From the IMG/VR virus record IMGVR_UViG_3300045988_073563: 64,000 nucleotides of DNA; one strand, written 5' to 3'. A program made the translations under genes and the position numbers. The notes beneath the pieces are model-generated. The model had not been told where the DNA came from. It saw only the letters and a list, made by a program, of their open reading frames with translations, and did no database searches. Positions 48,480 through 57,383 of this stretch are shown here, one piece after another (the first letter of the stretch is position 1; every line of letters starts with the position of its first letter). The stretch comes from a virus.

Positions 48480-49319
48480 TTAGATTATATCTTCATCTAT
48501 TTCATCCTCATCAGAACTATTAGTTCCTGTTCTTATTACTCCATTTAAGCTAAGATTCATATCTTTAGCTAGTTTATCTAACGGAATATCTTCGAAGAGA
48601 ACAACTTCATCTAAGAATGCTGAAATATTATCAAATGATTTAACTTCCATATGTTCGATGATGAAGTTCACAACTTCATCTATGTTCTTTATTCCTTTAT
48701 CTTCTGCCATATAGCGTACAAATACAGAATTAGAATTTGCTTCATATTCTTTAAAATAACGAACACGTGAACAACGATCAAAGAAGTTATCATCTATTTC
48801 ATCTGTTTTATTACAGGTCATCAATACTAGTTTCTTTGATGTAGCTTCTACACCATCTAAGAATCCTAACAGATCCTTAGTTTCCCACCAATAACTATTC
48901 TTCTCAATTTCGTCAAACATAACTACTACAGGAGTAGTAAAATGTTTAAAGAAACTAGTGAGTTTATTAGCAGGATAGTCGTTTGCGACTATAATAATAG
49001 GTAAATTACTTTCTAAGGCAATACGTTTAGAGAGCATTGTTTTGCCTGTACCTTTAGTACCAGCAAGTAATATACCTGTTGTCTTTCCAGAATTTTCGGA
49101 ATTAAAATAATTAAGTACGCGTTTGATAAATTTATTATCTTCTTCTAGTTCATATAATTTCTTTGGCATGTTCAAATCTCCATTCTCTTTGAGATAAGAT
49201 CTTCCCTGCATTCTATCATACTCTAGATCGTATACTTTATTATTTATGAGCTCATAAGAAATACCTTCTAACTTAGGTTTAACTGTAATCTCATTTCCTA
49301 TTTTAATAAATTCTGCCAT
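48480..49319 (-). CDS. AAA+ ATPase
   Basis: Walker A is LAGTKGTGKT and Walker B is VVMFDEIE. Confidence 0.7.
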   Translation of the reverse strand: MAEFIKIGNEITVKPKLEGISYELINNKVYDLEYDRMQGRSYLKENGDLNMPKKLYELEEDNKFIKRVLNYFNSENSGKTTGILLAGTKGTGKTMLSKRIALESNLPIIIVANDYPANKLTSFFKHFTTPVVVMFDEIEKNSYWWETKDLLGFLDGVEATSKKLVLMTCNKTDEIDDNFFDRCSRVRYFKEYEANSNSVFVRYMAEDKGIKNIDEVVNFIIEHMEVKSFDNISAFLDEVVLFEDIPLDKLAKDMNLSLNGVIRTGTNSSDEDEIDEDII

Positions 49320-49331
49320 AACTGTAATTTT

Positions 49332-49724
49332 TTATGTTTTTAACTTGTTGACCAATTCATCAACTTGTTTTTGCGTATGTACTATATAATAATCTATATC
49401 TAGATTATTTATATACAAATAATACTTAAAAAGTTTTTCACGCAAAGCCCATGCATCATTTGGATAGCCTTTGCATTCAATAATAAACTTATCACCTACA
49501 AAATCAGGTTTATAAGTTATTGCTCTATATTTCTTATCACCAAAAGTAAAAGCTGGAAGCAGTTCGTATCGTTGAGTTTCATACTCAGCTTTGATATTCG
49601 ACTCTTCCAGCTTCTTATATGTATATGTCTCAAGTTTGCTTTTAAACTTAATACCATTATACTCATTTGGTGTTGCGTTACGAATTTTACTTTCGCTAGG
49701 TTTATTTCTTTTCCTCTACATCAT
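49332..49724 (-). CDS. DUF1064-like PD-(D/E)XK nuclease / Holliday-junction-resolvase-like protein, starting ATG-ATG-TAG
   Basis: Not in the ORF track. The - strand frame from ATG 49724 reads M M (TAG) RKRNKPSESKIRNATPNEYNGIKFKSKLETYTYKKLEE...ITYKPDFVGDKFIIECKGYPND... to TAA 49332-49334. There is no ATG, GTG or TTG near the 5' end downstream of the TAG at 49716-49718. Confidence 0.55.
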
Positions 49725-49853
49725 TAGTAATATTAGATTTTCTGGAAATAGTTTTCCTTTTATGTCCAAAGGTAATGAAAAAATTACTATTTACTAATTT
49801 AAATGGAAAAGCTAATATATTCCACAATCCTTTAGAAACATAATTAAAGATAT

Positions 49854-50426
49854 TCATTGTTTTATGTAGTTTTTTATGAAATTTGCTAGTTTATCAATAG
49901 ATACAAAATCATAATTTGCAAAACTGCTATCAATACCGACATCTATACGAATGTGATCAGGAAGTTCTGCTGAATTTTGTAAATCTACTGAACCATGGCA
50001 ATGACCATGAAGCATTATACTACCTTTTTCAATGTGTTCCCAAGAGAACATAGGAAAATGGCACATAATTACTTCAATATCTTTTGGTAATGATGGGAAC
50101 ACAGTTTTCTTAAATCTCATATTCTTTATCTGAGTAATATGATTGAAGAAACATCTGTGATTATCTGATACTTTATCGTGGTTTCCTAAGATAAGTATTT
50201 TATTACCATTTAATCTTTGGAATAATTTTCTCTTTTCATCCGCCGTTCCGAATGCAAGATCTCCTAGGATATATACAGTATCATATTTATCAATTCTACT
50301 GTTCCACTTTTGTATCATCTTTTCTGTTACTTCTTTCATATTATTACCAAATATTTCTTTCCGTTTAGGATGAAAATCTAGTATTCTATCATGAAAGAAA
50401 TGCCAATCTGCTGTGAACCATATCAT
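49854..50426 (-). CDS. Metallophosphoesterase (second copy, shorter)
   Basis: Motifs present: ADWHFFHD, LGDLAFG, LGNHD, HGHCHG. Confidence 0.7.
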   Translation of the reverse strand: MIWFTADWHFFHDRILDFHPKRKEIFGNNMKEVTEKMIQKWNSRIDKYDTVYILGDLAFGTADEKRKLFQRLNGNKILILGNHDKVSDNHRCFFNHITQIKNMRFKKTVFPSLPKDIEVIMCHFPMFSWEHIEKGSIMLHGHCHGSVDLQNSAELPDHIRIDVGIDSSFANYDFVSIDKLANFIKNYIKQ

Positions 50427-51394
50427 TTGTTAATATTTTTAGTTAACCAATTTTTCACTTTATCAAATCCATTAGCTTTTATAGCATCAGACACATCTTT
50501 TGCTCTAAACTTTTTATGGATTAGCATACCTTCTAAGCCTGTTTTCTGGCTCATTTTACGGAGATATTTCACTCCAGCTTCATCTCTATCAAACAATATA
50601 ATAATGCGTTTAAAACGCTTCTTAAGTTGTTCTAGAACTCTATCAGGTATGAATGTAGATTCAGATGAAGGTGAGATAGCTGGTATACCCATCTCATATA
50701 GGCACATAACATCTTTCATACTTTTGGTTATAACAAGTATATCTCCTGTTTTAGGTAATTGTTTATAACCCTGAATGTCTAATTCAGTTAAGTTGTTACG
50801 CCATTTTGTATATTTGTCTGCATATGGTTTATATATCTTAAAGTGATTATATACCTTATATGCATACATAGGATTTTCTTCTTTGTAAACGCTTTTTACT
50901 ATGCCGTTACATAGGTAGTACTTTATACTACTTACTCCAAACTTCTTTAATGTTTCTACCTGTATATTAAACTGCTTCCAGTAATTGATGTCAGTATCAG
51001 TAAATTCCTGACGTACTACACCAATTACTGTTTCAGTTGACGGTATATATTGCTTAGAGCTATCGAGATGCGTACTACTAGTAATTTTAAGTTTGTTAAC
51101 TATATCATTTAGAATATCTGAATAATTAGTTAAACCTGTTATTAAGGATACGAATTTGATAACATTACCACATTCTCCTGTACCATGATCTTTAAATAAC
51201 AACTGTTTAGTCTTTCTACTATAGAAACAACCAAACGATGGTGTTTTATCTTTTCTCAATGGAGAATTATAAATCATGCCAACTTTAAAATTGCCAATAT
51301 ACGCTGCATATATATCATACTCACTTACTCTAGATAGTATATAATCTAAAGTAATAGTAACTTCTTTTTTTATTTTGTTAGTATCAAAAACCAT
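50423..51394 (-). CDS. DNA primase (Zn-binding N-terminus plus Toprim)
   Basis: It contains PSFGCFYSRKTKQLLFKDHGTGECGNVIKFV and the Toprim-like segment ILVITKSMKDVMCL...IIILFDRDEAG. Confidence 0.65.
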   Translation of the reverse strand: MVFDTNKIKKEVTITLDYILSRVSEYDIYAAYIGNFKVGMIYNSPLRKDKTPSFGCFYSRKTKQLLFKDHGTGECGNVIKFVSLITGLTNYSDILNDIVNKLKITSSTHLDSSKQYIPSTETVIGVVRQEFTDTDINYWKQFNIQVETLKKFGVSSIKYYLCNGIVKSVYKEENPMYAYKVYNHFKIYKPYADKYTKWRNNLTELDIQGYKQLPKTGDILVITKSMKDVMCLYEMGIPAISPSSESTFIPDRVLEQLKKRFKRIIILFDRDEAGVKYLRKMSQKTGLEGMLIHKKFRAKDVSDAIKANGFDKVKNWLTKNINK

Positions 51395-51409
51395 ACGATA
51401 TATTGTTAG

Positions 51410-51531
51410 TGGAAGCTGCAGGATTCGAACCTAAATGTTATTAAACATTTGCTCCTTAGAGCGCATCTATCAATTTTCAAACTGATCGTATTTACCTTTT
51501 CAGAGTCGTACGCCTCATATGCTAAGCTTCC
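51410..51531 (-). tRNA. Non-canonical tRNA-like gene (~122 nt); anticodon not assignable by eye
   Basis: There is a perfect 7-bp acceptor pairing (51411-51417 ggaagct with 51525-51531 agcttcc). A T-arm lies at 51418-51434, and its loop reads TTCGAAT on the - strand. TA occupies positions 8-9. About 45 nt are in excess of a normal tRNA. An internal heptad CTCTAAG lies at 51455-51461 on the - strand. Confidence 0.45.
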
Positions 51532-51650
51532 TTATATTAAACGTAGGTTGTGTACTATTCGTAATCACTCATTTTTCATAGTGCGGTACACTAACCTACG
51601 TGTTCGTCGTATTATGCCCGACGTGGCGACTTTATATAAATCCTAACAGA

Positions 51651-52277
51651 TTAGAAAGGTAGATCGTCAGACGGAGCTTCCTGTTTGACTTCTAGAGGAT
51701 TAACTTCTACAGTCTCTTTGTCAGATACTACCGGCTTAACGAACAAATCTATACCTGTTATTTCTCGTATCATGCTTTCATTTTTGCCTTCTTCATAGAA
51801 TCCCATAGGGATATTCATAGGCTCAATTGCTGCAAATTTTACATAACTTGGAAGTGTAGTATATCCATCTTTATTATAGACAACTTTCACTTTCAACAAT
51901 GTATCTTTATTTGCTGCATTCAGCATAGCAACTACCCAGTTAGTGAATTCTTTATAAGAACTACCAGTGAAGTTTAATACTTCTTTAGGATAGAAACATC
52001 TCAAGATACGATTAATTCTTGTAACTTGATTCGTTGCTTTATTCTGATTTTGTTCTTCAGTATCTTCTACACGTTCTTTAGGTTCCCATTCTGTATGAAC
52101 AAGTTCCTTACCATCTTTCTCGAATCTAAATTCAATGAAATTCTTCCCTGTTGGAGATACTGCAGTTTTCACTGACGTAAATTTAACATTATCGTGAATA
52201 CCTGCTTCAAGGTATTTAGTATTATTACTATTATTAGTTAATGTTACTTGGTTTGCTAAATCTGTACTATAAATCAT
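51651..52277 (-). CDS. Single-stranded DNA-binding protein candidate
   Basis: The acidic C-terminal tip ...EAPSDDLPF resembles the SSB tail (DDDIPF-like). The gene sits inside the replication block. Confidence 0.5.
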   Translation of the reverse strand: MIYSTDLANQVTLTNNSNNTKYLEAGIHDNVKFTSVKTAVSPTGKNFIEFRFEKDGKELVHTEWEPKERVEDTEEQNQNKATNQVTRINRILRCFYPKEVLNFTGSSYKEFTNWVVAMLNAANKDTLLKVKVVYNKDGYTTLPSYVKFAAIEPMNIPMGFYEEGKNESMIREITGIDLFVKPVVSDKETVEVNPLEVKQEAPSDDLPF

Positions 52278-52298
52278 AACTATTTGTTTTGTGTTTTT

Positions 52299-53039
52299 TT
52301 ATTCAGGTAAATATATCTTATCCCAATAAGTAGTGATTTCATTGTTTTCATCACTCTCTGCTACTACTATATTCTTTCCTCTCAAGTGAGGAGCTCTAGC
52401 TTCTATGACGGAATTATCTCCACCTTCAAAAGAAATATGAGTTTCATTTTTCTTTCTATATACATAGCCAACAGCATCTGCTTCACCACATATAATATTT
52501 GCTAGTGCACCTACTAGATCAAGAGACATTTCAGACATTTCTTCGCCATTCTTATTAATCAACTTATCTCTAGTATGACCAATAAGAATAAAGTTATCAC
52601 ATAATCCTCGGAACATGTCAATAACTTTTCTTACAGCTTGTCTTATATATAAATAACCAGATCCATTAGGCAAAGTTCTGAGGTCTGTACCTTCATACTT
52701 CTTGCCCATTGGAGTAGCTTTATATAACTGTATAGCAAAGCTCATACACATCTCTTCTAGTCTTGATGCATTATCAATAGTAATATACTTATAGGGTTTC
52801 TTACCTTCTTTCTTAATTTCTTCTCTTATTGCATTTGCAATTTCACCTAAATCATTTACTGATCTAGCTTGAATAGCTAATGCCTCTAAGAATTCAGAAC
52901 CACCTTCTAGATCGACAATAAGATTACTATCCAATCTAGATGCTAAGGTAGTTTTACCTGACTTTGGTTTGCCAAATAATATCAAGAATCTAGGATTCTC
53001 AACTCTGGCTTTTAATTTCTCTTTTGGTAATACAATCAT
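52299..53039 (-). CDS. RecA-fold P-loop ATPase (Sak4-like candidate)
   Basis: Walker A is FGKPKSGKTT and the Walker B-like motif is FILIGH. Confidence 0.5.
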   Translation of the reverse strand: MIVLPKEKLKARVENPRFLILFGKPKSGKTTLASRLDSNLIVDLEGGSEFLEALAIQARSVNDLGEIANAIREEIKKEGKKPYKYITIDNASRLEEMCMSFAIQLYKATPMGKKYEGTDLRTLPNGSGYLYIRQAVRKVIDMFRGLCDNFILIGHTRDKLINKNGEEMSEMSLDLVGALANIICGEADAVGYVYRKKNETHISFEGGDNSVIEARAPHLRGKNIVVAESDENNEITTYWDKIYLPE

Positions 53040-53072
53040 AAAGCTAGTTTATTTTATGTATCCCTCTGATAA

Positions 53073-53083
53073 ATATCTGATAA
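53073..53083 (-). promoter_or_regulatory. TTATCAGATAT motif, copy 1 (with a TTATCAGAG half-copy at 53064-53073)
   Basis: This exact 11-mer is shared with 55208-55218 and 61114-61124. It lies 34 nt upstream of the ATG at 53039. Confidence 0.35.
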
Positions 53084-53112
53084 TTTCTGCTAGTTATGGG
53101 ATTTATATGTTA

Positions 53113-53628
53113 TTAGAACCAACCATTATTCTTTACTTTAATAGTAAGATTAATAATTGTTTTCTTTGTTTCTGGTTTCAAATAATTCAATGAACCCGGA
53201 GCGATTGGAATGATATCGTATCCAATCTGTACGAAATTGTGGAAAATTTTAATCGGTGTACCGTAGATATCTTCGAAATCATAATCCAAATTAAATGGAT
53301 AATTTTTCTTAGCATATGCATCAAGTGCGTCTAATGCTTTAAAGAACTCTGTTTCAAGGTTATAGTTGTCGATTTTGTAGCACTTTGAGGCAAGCGGACA
53401 ATTAGCACAAGTCTTAGGTAACCAGCTTACATTGTGTTTCTTACTCAAACCTAATGTAATAGTATCACCTGCACCTGCATATTCGATTCCAAAATTAGAT
53501 TTCGGATAATCAAATGAACTGTCAATAGTCAGCCACGGATATGCTGTAATAATGCGTTCCATCAACGCATCTTTATAAATCTTTGCACTATTTTCTTTCT
53601 TCGGTAATGTAAATGTATATGTTTTCAT
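53113..53628 (-). CDS. Hypothetical protein
   Basis: Intact 171-aa ORF with a TAA stop. Confidence 0.45.
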   Translation of the reverse strand: MKTYTFTLPKKENSAKIYKDALMERIITAYPWLTIDSSFDYPKSNFGIEYAGAGDTITLGLSKKHNVSWLPKTCANCPLASKCYKIDNYNLETEFFKALDALDAYAKKNYPFNLDYDFEDIYGTPIKIFHNFVQIGYDIIPIAPGSLNYLKPETKKTIINLTIKVKNNGWF

Positions 53629-53654
53629 AAATTCAGCCTTTTTAATTGTTATTA

Positions 53655-54623
53655 CTAAAACGAAATCTTCTTTGCTGGTTCTTCATTTCGTATAGTTTCA
53701 ATTAAATTATTGTATTTCAGATCGTTGTCGAATTCTAATATCGAGCATTGTCCAGCATCTCTATTCTTTATAAGATGCAGATAGACTTTGTTATTAACTG
53801 GTAAACGATTCGGTCCATACTGTTGGATATTTAGTAATTCTGGTCTGTGAATACAAATAACATAATCGGATGCATGAAATATTGTATCAGCAGAAGAAAT
53901 ATCACTACGCATTGGATAATGCATAGAAGGATTATTAATTCTATCAGGAGTTTCAATGTTACGATTCATCTGTGATAACTGTATTACAGTGGTATTAGGT
54001 AATTTCTTTACCTTAATAAACAGTTTCTGTAAATCGGAAATCACTTGCAGTGCTGACTCGCGAGATTGACCTTCAACAAGCAAAGTATGGTCAAGTATGA
54101 CTATAAATTTCTTGCCTTTAGCTTTATTCTCATAGAAGTAGTCTATAGTAGAAGCTATATCTTCAACTGTACCCGGTGTATCTACATAATATATCGGATA
54201 TGACTTTATTTGTTGAGAAGTCTCTTCGACTTTGGCTAACGATTCATTATCTAAGTCATTGTTAGCACTATATAGCTCAGCAGTAGTTAGCCTTAACTTA
54301 CTACTCAATTTTCTACCAACCTGCCTAGAACTTAACATCTCAAATGAGAAATTAAGTACTATAACATCCTGATCAGAATTTAGGTCTATTAAATCATTTT
54401 CTAACGTATTAACAAATGATGATTTACCACTACCTGATATACCCACTATTGTATATACAGTATTAGGTTCAATGCCGCCCATACAGGCAGCATTAAACTT
54501 ATTCCATCTTGTTTTAAGAGACTTTACCTCGTGGTTCTTTCTCTTCTTAATATACTCAGTAGCTTCTTTTGTAGCTGCTGATATATGCTGGAATTGTAGT
54601 ATTTTAGTAGAGATCTGTTCCAT
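53655..54623 (-). CDS. DnaB-like replicative helicase (RecA-type core)
   Basis: Walker A is GISGSGKSS and Walker B is FIVILDHTLL. The gene ends in TAG (53655-53657), immediately followed by TAA (53652-53654). Confidence 0.65.
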   Translation of the reverse strand: MEQISTKILQFQHISAATKEATEYIKKRKNHEVKSLKTRWNKFNAACMGGIEPNTVYTIVGISGSGKSSFVNTLENDLIDLNSDQDVIVLNFSFEMLSSRQVGRKLSSKLRLTTAELYSANNDLDNESLAKVEETSQQIKSYPIYYVDTPGTVEDIASTIDYFYENKAKGKKFIVILDHTLLVEGQSRESALQVISDLQKLFIKVKKLPNTTVIQLSQMNRNIETPDRINNPSMHYPMRSDISSADTIFHASDYVICIHRPELLNIQQYGPNRLPVNNKVYLHLIKNRDAGQCSILEFDNDLKYNNLIETIRNEEPAKKISF

Positions 54624-55170
54624 AACTATTTGTCATAATCGGTTCTTCTACTTTCATCTGTTCCTCGTAAGTCTCCCACTCATGCTGAGTGAGCCATTTC
54701 CACATAGTTTTCATATAACCTAATTTGCCAGTTAGCATTTTGTTATCTATCTCATACTTAAGACAGTTACAGATATGCTGATGCATAGCTTTGCTTTTAC
54801 CGACTATTCTGTTATATTCCTTCCTACATTTGTTTACATTTGCTCTAAGGAAACCTTTAGTTCCATCAGGGCGTATAACATAAACTGGAAATAGGTCATA
54901 GAATTCATCAAACATAGATTTATCTTCTTTTAGAAGTTCTTCTAGTTCTTTTGTTTTCTTTATGACTGTGGTATCATCTACTACTTTGGTAGTGATTAGT
55001 TTACGAGACTCTAACTCTTGTATTTCTTCTTCATTAACTAGGCTGAGAAGTTTCTGAATGTCTTGATTGATGGTTTGATTATCACTCAATACAAGTGTTA
55101 GGAATACTAATTGATTCATAGATAAATCTGAAATTCTATCTAAGATAGAAGTGTCTATTTCTAAAATCAT
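54604..55170 (-). CDS. Hypothetical protein
   Basis: Intact 188-aa ORF with a TAA stop. Confidence 0.45.
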   Translation of the reverse strand: MILEIDTSILDRISDLSMNQLVFLTLVLSDNQTINQDIQKLLSLVNEEEIQELESRKLITTKVVDDTTVIKKTKELEELLKEDKSMFDEFYDLFPVYVIRPDGTKGFLRANVNKCRKEYNRIVGKSKAMHQHICNCLKYEIDNKMLTGKLGYMKTMWKWLTQHEWETYEEQMKVEEPIMTNSYGTDLY

Positions 55171-55207
55171 ATTCTCATATTATTATATGAGCTATGGTCT
55201 CTGAAAT

Positions 55208-55218
55208 ATATCTGATAA
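55208..55218 (-). promoter_or_regulatory. TTATCAGATAT motif, copy 2
   Basis: Exact 11-mer, 38 nt upstream of the ATG at 55170. Confidence 0.35.
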
Positions 55219-55225
55219 GCCTCTG

Positions 55226-57175
55226 TTAATCCCATAGGCTCATTTGTAACGGTTTTAATTCTCTGATTATCTTATAGGCTTCCATAATGTAATACCTATA
55301 ATTAATCTTTCTCTCTTCAATTGGTTTATCGTCTAAGTAATTTAATAAAGTAACACCAGATGCAGTAAGCATATTCTGATACTGTTTTTCTGTAGGACAT
55401 GGAATACTTATATCAAAACGATTAGTATCCTTCTCTTTCCATTTCCATAAATAAGCACCATTAGTACTTGCATAGAAACGATTAGTTCTTTGTTGTTCTT
55501 TATTATTATACTCAACATGCCATTGTTTACCAGTTTTTTCAGACATTAGAAAATCTCTAATATCTTGGCAACCTTTTATAGTTTCCTCTACTGATACTCC
55601 GTTCTTAAAAAAGTTTATTACTGCTTTCGGTATGATCTTCGGAGTTAGACCTTTCCCTAATTTCACAGTAGTAATAAACATACCCTTCTCTTTTACCTTA
55701 TCATCTTCAGTAATAGCGAAGTAGTCATTTATAGCATATTGATACATAGCTTTAAAACGTTCTTCCTCAAGCGTTAGCCTAGTAAGTTGTTCCCATTCTC
55801 TGCAAACATTGTTAACTTTTGAATATACGTCTTTCTTAAGTAAGACAAATAATCCATCCGTGTTTGCTTGGACGATTCGACATCCTAACTGGGTTAGTTT
55901 CTCTGCTAGCATTAGTAATAGTAACTGTCCATTTATTCTGATTTGCATTACAGCGAACGGACTATAACAGAAGTTATGTTCATTCTGTAAGTTACCAGAC
56001 AATCCATTGAGAGCAAGCTTTAAGGTTTCATTTTTAACCTTATTGCCATTGTGTTTAGCTTCAATTCGCTCATCTTTAATTTGTTTATATACTTCTAGGA
56101 ATTCAGGACCTAAATGTTTAGGATAGAATTCATATTCTATTAGCATACTTGGATATAGAGATGCAACATCTATATCAATGAGCATTTCATCTTCTTTCGG
56201 AATAATTATTTCAGGTTTATTCACTGAGTGAATTCCTCCAACTCCTACAGAATACTGTAATCCTTCAAATACGAATTTATTTTCGTATCCTTTTCTACCC
56301 GGAGATACTATTTGACTTTTCATGTCATTTAGTACTCTAGTTAGTATAGGACTATCATATTTAATAAAAGGTAGTATAACACTATTTAATGGTATTACTG
56401 ACATAGGAGATCTTAAATCTTTAATATCCCACCATGTTTGACCTGTTTTCTCAAGATACTTCTGAGTCAAGATCTTCATACCAATGTTTACACCATCTTT
56501 ACTAAGTACACGTACTCCATATTCATCTTCAATAGCTATTCTTAAGTCGATGTCTTTTTTACATCTATTGAGTAATTCCTCAGTAGAATTAACATCATTA
56601 ATATTATAATCAATCATTGAATCAATTTGATCTTCGGGCAAGTCTGCCTGCCAATCAGCAACAAATTCTTGTACATTCTTGTACTGCATTGTTACTTGAA
56701 TTTCCTTCAAACCTACTCTTAACTTATTGCTATAAAGCATAGTAAGAATATCAAATGAATCAAAACAAATCATATACTTCCATTTTCTCCAAGCAGAGTT
56801 ATCATCCTCACTTGAAGTAGTAATTACTTTACTTAGGTTAAATACAGATCTACAAATGTCTCTATAACCTTTATATTTCATTATATTGTAACAATCTATT
56901 ATATAGTTTATAATAGCATTATCATAATGAAGATTATTATAACCACAAAATAATATGTTAGTATCTAACTTAATATCTGTAGTATATAAATCTCCGAAAG
57001 TATATTTTGTATTAACTGTATGAAAGAATTCAACTAATTCATCTAATTGATTTCTTCTGCAAGATATTTCAAATTTATGCAATTCACCTGTTTCTGTATT
57101 TTTTACAGTACAATGGAAGACATTGGGGAATACCTCAATATCATATACATAAACAATCTTATCTCGTATAATCAT
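55226..57175 (-). CDS. Family B DNA polymerase
   Basis: The motifs are Exo I (VYDIEVFPN), Exo II (YNNLHYDNAII), motif A (DVASLYPS), a motif B-like segment (KLALNGLSGN) and motif C (QANTDGLFV). Confidence 0.85.
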   Translation of the reverse strand: MIIRDKIVYVYDIEVFPNVFHCTVKNTETGELHKFEISCRRNQLDELVEFFHTVNTKYTFGDLYTTDIKLDTNILFCGYNNLHYDNAIINYIIDCYNIMKYKGYRDICRSVFNLSKVITTSSEDDNSAWRKWKYMICFDSFDILTMLYSNKLRVGLKEIQVTMQYKNVQEFVADWQADLPEDQIDSMIDYNINDVNSTEELLNRCKKDIDLRIAIEDEYGVRVLSKDGVNIGMKILTQKYLEKTGQTWWDIKDLRSPMSVIPLNSVILPFIKYDSPILTRVLNDMKSQIVSPGRKGYENKFVFEGLQYSVGVGGIHSVNKPEIIIPKEDEMLIDIDVASLYPSMLIEYEFYPKHLGPEFLEVYKQIKDERIEAKHNGNKVKNETLKLALNGLSGNLQNEHNFCYSPFAVMQIRINGQLLLLMLAEKLTQLGCRIVQANTDGLFVLLKKDVYSKVNNVCREWEQLTRLTLEEERFKAMYQYAINDYFAITEDDKVKEKGMFITTVKLGKGLTPKIIPKAVINFFKNGVSVEETIKGCQDIRDFLMSEKTGKQWHVEYNNKEQQRTNRFYASTNGAYLWKWKEKDTNRFDISIPCPTEKQYQNMLTASGVTLLNYLDDKPIEERKINYRYYIMEAYKIIRELKPLQMSLWD

Positions 57176-57194
57176 AATATAATAATGTTAGTTT

Positions 57195-57317
57195 GAGTCC
57201 ATGAGAAGATTCGAACTTCTAACTTAGGCATTTATTATCAGGCTCTACAGTCTGTTTATTATGATGCCAGAGGTCGTTGGAACCCCACTTTTTGTTTTGC
57301 CTATTAAACTACATGAA
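57195..57317 (-). tRNA. Second non-canonical tRNA-like gene (~123 nt)
   Basis: The acceptor pairs 57196-57202 (gtccatg) with 57311-57317 (catgaac): 7 bp including one G-U. A perfect T-arm at 57203-57219 (agaag attcgaa cttct) has a loop that reads TTCGAAT on the - strand. TA at positions 8-9 is followed by a D-arm-like GTTT-AATAGGC-AAAC. An internal hairpin ggggt-tccaacg-acctc is also present. Confidence 0.45.
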
Positions 57318-57383
57318 CAACCGGTGTTATTACCGACATTGCAATTAAAGAATCATATAATTATTGTATTTTGCTAGCAGATT

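Noticed and set aside
49702-49857. 51-aa - strand ORF (MNIFNYVSKGLWNILAFPF...) between the phosphoesterase and the DUF1064-like gene
   Set aside because: It may be a real small membrane protein (ATGA overlap with the upstream stop), but it is too short and featureless to support, and it overlaps the nuclease start.
51449-51646. Track ORF of 65 aa on the + strand in the primase-SSB gap
   Set aside because: It overlaps the tRNA-like locus and has no coding features. The gap is better explained by an RNA gene on the - strand.
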